Under the pieces are notes generated by a model that was given only the letters and a program-made list of their open reading frames with translations, did not search any database and had not been told where the DNA came from. DNA of 64,000 bases from Amoebidium appalachense (lineage: Eukaryota > Protista > Ichthyosporea): NCBI GenBank assembly GCA_963693365.1, contig CAVNZM010000008.1, forward strand, positions 2,422,763-2,486,762, in the 5' to 3' direction. This document shows, piece after piece, positions 56,715-64,000 of the stretch; within the stretch, counting starts at the first letter, position 1; each line of letters starts with the position of its first letter. The position numbers and the translations under genes were made by a program.

Positions 56715-58150
56715 GGGGATGCGGGGCAAAGACGGAGGGAGGGAAAAAGGAAGGGAGGGTGGGAGGCAGGGAGGGAGACACGTACATGCGTGTGAGGTTG
56801 AGGTACTCCCAGGTCTTCTCCAGCAGACCGTCGTAGTTCCACTTGTGGTGGGCACTGATGGGCACACAGTGCGGCACCTTGCAGATCACATCTAGTTCTT
56901 CAATGCTGATCTGGTCGATCTTGTTGAGCACGTACACACACGGGATGTACAGTCTGTGCACGTGGGTTTTTATGTGTTTTATGGGTTACGTGGGATTGGT
57001 GGGTTAGAAAGGGGCGGGCTCATGGGAGGCAGAGACTAGTATGGGAGGTACAGACTGTGTACGTGGGTTTTATGTGTTTTATGGGTTAGGTGAGATTGGG
57101 GGGTTAAAATGGGGCTCACAGGGAGAGAGAGCACGGGCTTTATATTCCTGAACAAGTGTGTTTAATGGGTTATGTGGGATTGGTAGACTTGGGCTGTTTT
57201 GGCTTAGGTTTCATGCCTTAGGTTTAAGCGAGTGTGACAGAAGTGAGTTACAGCTTGGGCATATGTGGGATGTACATTCTGTTTGGGTGTCTTAGGTGTT
57301 GTTCTGATCAATGTGGTGCTAGGATAGCAGGAAAGGGAGTGAGTTACAGCAAGCATGTCTATGAGTAAGTACTTGTTCTACATGCACCCTTAATTTTTCC
57401 ATGCACGAGAGTACCACGAGCACGCACACACGCACGCACGCATGCACGCACGCAAGCACGCACACGTGCACGTACACACATGCACCACACACACGCACGC
57501 ACACACGCACACAGACACACCCCATCCACCCACCCACGTCAACCCACTCACACCTCCCAATGCACGTGCACACCAGCCAGGCACACACCTGTTTCCTTCG
57601 ATGACGTCAATCAGGTCATCCACCGTGCAGTTCTCCTTGCAGATCACATCTGCACGTGGTCACACATAAAGCACGTGCCACGTGTGCTTCCATACTCGTA
57701 TCTTGACCCCCCCCCCCCCCCCCCCCCCCCCCCCCTTCTTGGTGCCCAGCACCCCGCCCGCTGCCGCTGCCGCCATCGAGCCATAGCACGAGATAAAAAA
57801 AAATCCCTAAACGTATAAATTCATAGCTCCACGGAGGAACACGCCCACCCACCCACATATAAACGAGCAAAGCACACATAAACTCTCTGACTTGAAGAAA
57901 AGCTATGAGCACGTATGGGTGGGTAAGTGGCGACAAAATATAGTGATTGGAAGTGAGAGCAGAAATTGCGTGTGAGCCATCGTGCTTTCTTTGCTAGGCT
58001 TCGTCTCCCTGTGTCTCCACCTGAGTGTGTCTCCACCTGAGTGTCTTCCTCTAGTTTCCATTTTTCCCCAATGGCTCTCCCTCACTCCTCCCAAAACACC
58101 AAAACAAAGAGGGAGAGGATAGGGATGACGGGTAAGTTGCAGCCTTCTTC

Positions 58151-58189
<39 letters not shown>

Positions 58190-59772
58190 CACCCGCACAC
58201 ATACAAACACTTTTTTCTTCTTTCTTTTTGTCTATTTTTTTTTTTTTGGTGTGTAGGAGAGTTGGGGTAGAGCCAAAGGAGAAAGGGAAGGGGAGGGGAG
58301 GGGCGTGGGTGTGGGGTGGGGAGGGGGGAGGGGGGAAGGGGGGAGGGGGATTGTCATTACCGGCATTGTGGATTTTGTACTCTGACAGAATGGACTTGAC
58401 GATATCCGAATCAAGATGCTCACAGTTGACCTGCACACAGGGTCAGCACGTGCACATGTGCATGCAGTGTGTGCATGCAGCAAAAAAGAAAGAAAAACAT
58501 TGCAGGGAGTTGAGCAACAACCCCTTTCCTTCCCCCCCCCCTCCCCCCCCCCCCCCCCCCCGGGGGCAGAGAATAAGTAAAGAGGTTAATAACAACAACA
58601 AGTTCAAACATGAAACACAAATTGCATCTAAGCCCATGCAAACAGCAGCATGCACCAAAGCCAATAAACACTCTAATGAAACCCTTTGACGCCAACTTCC
58701 TCTTCACAATTTCTGACTAGAAGGCGAGAGATCCTGAAAGAAAGAGAGTGCCACGTCTTGGTAAGTTGCTGGTGACAGGGTGAGCAGTTTCTTTCATTCC
58801 CCTCCTCCTCCCCCCCCCCCCCCCCCCCCCCCCCCCTCCTCCCCGGTCCCGCCTGCCGTTGTCTCTCTCTCTTTTTAAGGAAAAGAAGGGAAAGGCACGG
58901 GGGGAAAGCGATTTTTTTTTTTGGGGGGGGGGGGGATCTTACCGTAGTTGTGAAATTGATACCACCACGCTCCTTCTTCCTGAGAGTCAGGTTGGGTGGC
59001 TTCTGGTTCAGACGGATGCCGAACCCTTCCTGCCATGCAAAAAAAAAGAAAAACATTAGCCATAAATGCCACGGTCACTTTCCACTTGTTAAATCATTGT
59101 GCAAATACACACAGCACGTGCTCAAAGGAGCGTGTATACATATGCTGATGTATACAGAAGGAACGTGCAAAATGTGTCTATAAGCCTGCTTTACAAGTAC
59201 CACTTCATCTGCACACAAACAATGCTTGCTCACACTTGATGCGTGTACACTCGTGCGTTTCCACGCTTCCAGTGTTTACACACTTCTACTATTTGCACCG
59301 ATGGTACCCTTTGCATTAAGACAAACACCCAATAACATAACAGGTGTGCATACACAGTGACTGCTAGCATAGGCACGCGTGCCAACAAATCATGGGTGCC
59401 TGTGTAACACATGTGTGCTCCGACCATTCCTACTGAGCAAGACCCGGTCGTATATGTGTGTGTCGGGGATCCACATCTAAATGTACAAGTAGGCAAAATC
59501 TACATCAACCGAAAAACAATCACACTCACCTAAGTACAAGTCTCCACAAGATATATAAAAGAGCGTGGGGTTTCCGTTGAAAGAACACATAGGAAGATGC
59601 CATTTGCAAGCGCAAAGTGATGCGTTCAGGGGGAAAAAAAACAAACACCGAACTTCTCTTTTTTTGTGTGAATATAAGGGTGTTTTTTTTTCTCGTGTGT
59701 GTGTGTGTGAGTGAGTGTAAGTGCGAGTATTAGTTTGTGTGTGTGAATAAGCGAGGGAGTGAGGGAATGAGG

Positions 59773-59829
<57 letters not shown>

Positions 59830-59832
59830 AGG

Positions 59833-59875
<43 letters not shown>

Positions 59876-59946
59876 TGTGTGTGTGTGTGTGTGTGCACGT
59901 ATGCGTGTTTGTGGGTGCATGTTCACGTGTGTGCGTGTGTGTATGA

Positions 59947-60002
<56 letters not shown>

Positions 60003-60041
60003 CGTGCGCGCACGTGTGTGAATGTGCATGCCTGCATGCGT

Positions 60042-60101
<60 letters not shown>

Positions 60102-60723
60102 GAAGGAATACTCACGAGTTCTCTCTCGATGATGCGCTTATCACCGAGGGGCTTGAGTACGTCCAGCACAATGTAGATCAGACTGCACGTGCGCGCCACT
60201 GCATCCACCAATCAGCAACCGCTTTCAATCTGGCGCATCCCACAATTGCTCCCCACTCCCCCACCGCCCCCACCCCACTCAAAATAAATAAATAAATAAA
60301 TAAATAAAAACACGGCTCATCGCAGCAAGAACACAAACACACCCCCACTCAAAATAAAACAACCACACAAAGAACTGGCTACCCCCCCCCCCCCCCCCCC
60401 TTCCCCTTCCTCCCAATCCTGCACTTCTCTGTCAATAGGTTCTGTATCGCACAGTACTGCCACCTAAAACCCCTTCTCAGGATAAAACCATCAATAAGCA
60501 GAAGCATTTACGCCCCCTTGACTGTCTGTTTCACTATGTTGATGATGTAACAAAACCAGGGCGGTATGAAAACGTAACGTGTGCCTGTATGTGACTGTAG
60601 CTGAAAGCCATTTGATGCAACATATGTCCATCCATGCAGACTGCACGTGTACTTGAGTGGGCATAGATATGAGCGATGATGTGGGTGTGTGCGCACCTGC
60701 CACATGTAGGCAATGCATGCGAG

Positions 60724-60796
<73 letters not shown>

Positions 60797-61902
60797 CCGC
60801 GCCCCCCCCCCCCCCTGAGTACAGGTATCCCTGTGTGGGCTTGTGAATGTGTACGTGTCCGTATGTGTGCATGTGCATGAACGTGTGCATGCTGTGTGTG
60901 TGTGTGTGTCTGTGCTTGTGTGTGTGTGTGTGTGTGTGTGCTTGTGTGTGTGCACGTGTGCAGGTGCCTGTGTGCCCATGTCCCCGTGTGTGTGCACACC
61001 TGCAATGACCTGCCGACCACGACCCTTGCCGTCCTTTGCACCCTCAATAATACCCGGCAAATCAAGAAGCTGTGGTACCCACCTCCTGTGAGCACGATAC
61101 CCCATTTTTTTACACACAAACCTAAAGACACAGACACAGAAAATAAACGCAAGCAATCACGCACGCGCACATCCACACACCCGCCAACCCACACACACGA
61201 GCGGATAAAATAATTAAAAGAAAACAGGGGGGAAAAAACCACCATCACATCTAGCGGCATCGTCGTTAGAAAACTACGAAGAGCAGAAACACGAGGCCAA
61301 CATGAAGACATCCACACTAACACAAAACACTCCGTACACCAACGTACCCACCAGAAGCACACGCACTCAGCAAGCATAGATACAAGGAAGCAAACACACA
61401 CGGGCCATACATCACAAGCCCTGTAGTTCTCTGTAGAACACAACCCTCCCTCAATCGCACAACCCAGCACCACCACACATAGCCTGAGGACGGGAAATAA
61501 ACAAATAGATCAATAAGCCATGATTGGAACCAGATGGGGTTGCTGCCCCCCCCCCCCCCTCCCCCCCCCCCCCCCCCCTCCTCCTCCCCACTTTTCCCTC
61601 TCCCCCCCTCCCCCCCTTCCCTCCCCCCCCCCCCCCCCCCCTCCTCCCTCCCCACTTTTCCCTCTCCCCCCTCCCCCCCCTTCCCCCCCCCCCTCCCCTC
61701 CTCCTCCCCTCCCCACTTTTCCCTTTCCCCCCTCCCCCCCTCCCCCCCCCCTTCCCCCCCCTTCCCCCCCCCCCCCCCCCTCCCCCCTTCTCCCAATCCC
61801 CACTGTCTTTTCTGTCTTTCTTCCTTTCGTTCTTTCTAACCTTTTCTCAGAGGGCATTTAAGGGAGGAAGGCGGGAGCCCAGGGTTACGTTTTTCTTTTC
61901 TT

Positions 61903-61933
<31 letters not shown>

Positions 61934-62072
61934 GGGGGAGGGGGGGGCTAACCTGAATGGTTGCACCCTTGTATGAGACTTGACCTGTTAGCCACCACCG
62001 CCACTCGTCAGCAAATCTCTCAACAAATTATCCCCCCCCAAGACACACACACACTTGCCCATCTGCTCCTCT

Positions 62073-62110
<38 letters not shown>

Positions 62111-63796
62111 CCACCCCCCCTGCTTCCCCCAGATAACCATGAATCCAATACACTTACCTATACCCCTCTCCGCCCCCACCCACCCACCCAATCCTTTCCC
62201 CTCCTATTTCCACACACCCACCCCTCTCCCCTCCTCCTACTCCCACCCACCCACCCACCCCTCTCCCCTCCTCCTACTCCCACCCACCCGCCCCTCTCCC
62301 CTCCTCCTACTCCCACCCACACACCCACCCCTCTCCAATTCTCCTACTCCCACCCACCCACCCACCCCTCTCCCCTCCTCCTACTCCCACCCACCCACCC
62401 ACCCCTCTCCCCTCCTAATACTCCCACCCATCCACCCACCCCTCTCCCCTCCTAACTCCCACCCACCCACCCACCCCTCTCCCCTCCTAATACTCCCACC
62501 CACCCACCCACCCCTCTCCCCTCCTAATACTCCCACCCATCCACCCACCCCTCTCCCCCTCCTAATACTCCCACCCACCCACCCACCCCTCTCCAATTCT
62601 CCTACTCCCACCCATACACCCACCCCTCTCCCCTCCTAATACTCCCACCCACCCACCCACCCCTCTCCCCTCCTAATACTCCCACCCACCCACCCACCCC
62701 TTTCCAATTCTCCTACTCCCACCCACCCACCCACCCCTCTCCCCTCCTAATACTCCCACCCATCCACCCACCCCTCTCCCCTCCTAACTCCCACCCACCC
62801 ACCCACCCCTCTCCCCTCCTAATACTCCCACCCACCCACCCACCCCTCTCCCCTCCTAATACTCCCACCCATCCACCCACCCCTCTCCCCTCCTAACTCC
62901 CACCCACCCACCCACCCCTCTCCCCTCTTAATGCTCCCACCCACACACCCACGACCAGAGCGCCAAACACATTCAAGCATCCCATGATACCTATATGCAC
63001 ACCGTACCGAATACGTCGTCCTCCCGAACCCTTGCCAACAAGGTTACACGCATAAGTTACCAAAAAGGCATTTAACCCACTTTGTTCTCACACCTGCCCC
63101 TCTCCCTCGTGGGTCCCAACCACACGCACACACACATGTGCCCGCACAACTCCATACACGTCCTCCCGACACCCCATACACGCACCTGGCACACACGTCA
63201 GTGTTGTGAACTCATATGCTGCCACTTCTGAGTGCACACCGGCCAGGTTACTCAGCAGCGTGGATTTGCCCACGGACGGGAACCCTGCACGCATGGGGGT
63301 TAGTCGGTCACACCTATCCCCAACATAACATAACTGCATGCACACTGTACCACCAGACATAGATATGTCAGTCGTGACAGTAGTGTTTAATGATATGGAA
63401 GTAACTGGGGGAGTGCTTGGTATAGGCACACCTAACAATTCAACGGGGTCAAGGGTCACGGGAACAGGTTGTGCCTACCCCTGCCCTCCCCTCCCTTCCT
63501 CTCCCAAGGCCCTCCCCTCCCCCCCCCCCCCCCCCCCCCCCCCACACACACACACCTGGAAAAAAGAAAAACATTACACAATCTCACAGCAGCAAAAAGC
63601 ACCCATCCACACGTCACATCCTACCAACGAATCCGATGCGCGCATCTCCGGACTTTGCAACATCAAACCCCTCCCCGGCGCCCTTTGCACCCTTTCCACT
63701 GGAGGGCTCAATGAGTTCACGTTTGAGCTTGGCCAACTTGGCCTTCAGCAGACCCAAGTGGTACGCTGTGGCCTTGTTCTTCTGCGTACGAGCCAT
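55230..63796 (-). CDS. DRG1: Developmentally regulated GTP-binding protein 1 (DRG1/Rbg1); first exon lies beyond the window
   Basis: Exons 63796-63625 ([24 protein letters not shown]...GDARIGFV), 63284-63186 ([11 protein letters not shown]...YEFTTLT), 61984-61953, 61069-61000 ([11 protein letters not shown]), 60198-60116, 59029-58943, 58430-58361, 57649-57589, 56953-56786 (NKID), 56012-55890 ([11 protein letters not shown]), 55329-55230 ([13 protein letters not shown]). Near-identical to recalled DRG1; all introns GT-AG. Confidence 0.97.
62215..62940. repeat. ~37-bp minisatellite, ~20 copies, in a DRG1 intron; G-rich on the sense strand
   Basis: Unit cccacccacccacccacccctctcccctcctaatact, with variants. 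Confidence 0.95.
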
Positions 63797-64000
63797 CTGT
63801 GTGGAAAGAGATGTGGTGTTGGTGAGTCTGATGCTCCGGGAGGGAGGGAGGGAGGGAGGGGTGGGTGGGTGGGTGCGTGAGTGGGTGGGGTGGGGTGGGG
63901 GGGAGGGGGGGGAAGGGAGGGAGGGGAGGGGAGGGATGATGAAGGGCCTTAGAGGGAGGCATAACGTGGAAGGAAAAGCTAAACAAACAAACAAACAAAC

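Overview
Eukaryotic genomic DNA that is intron-rich and packed with simple repeats: (CA)n/(GT)n, (GA)n and many ~15-60 nt poly-C/poly-G runs. The gene content suggests a unicellular holozoan or relative; this is inference only. Almost all ORFs in the supplied track are microsatellite artefacts. Reading GT-AG exons by hand gives four spliced genes: (1) the 5' part of a USP9/USP24-like large deubiquitinase (minus strand, runs off the left edge); (2) a RasGRP/CalDAG-GEF-like Ras GEF (minus) with REM, CDC25 and four EF-hands but no C1 domain; (3) a complete 8-exon thiopurine S-methyltransferase (plus); (4) DRG1 GTPase (minus, 11 exons seen, first exon beyond the right edge). There is also an intronless 123-aa orphan gene with a CCAAT/TATA/Inr promoter, and several transposon relics, including a 38-bp TIR element with a perfect 8-bp TSD. 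The most interesting signal is intron architecture: weak 5' splice sites are repeatedly followed by a sense-strand poly-C tract, whereas most consensus GTAAG/GTGAG donors are not. This suggests a repeat-based splicing code. All homology calls are from recalled family motifs, not database searches.
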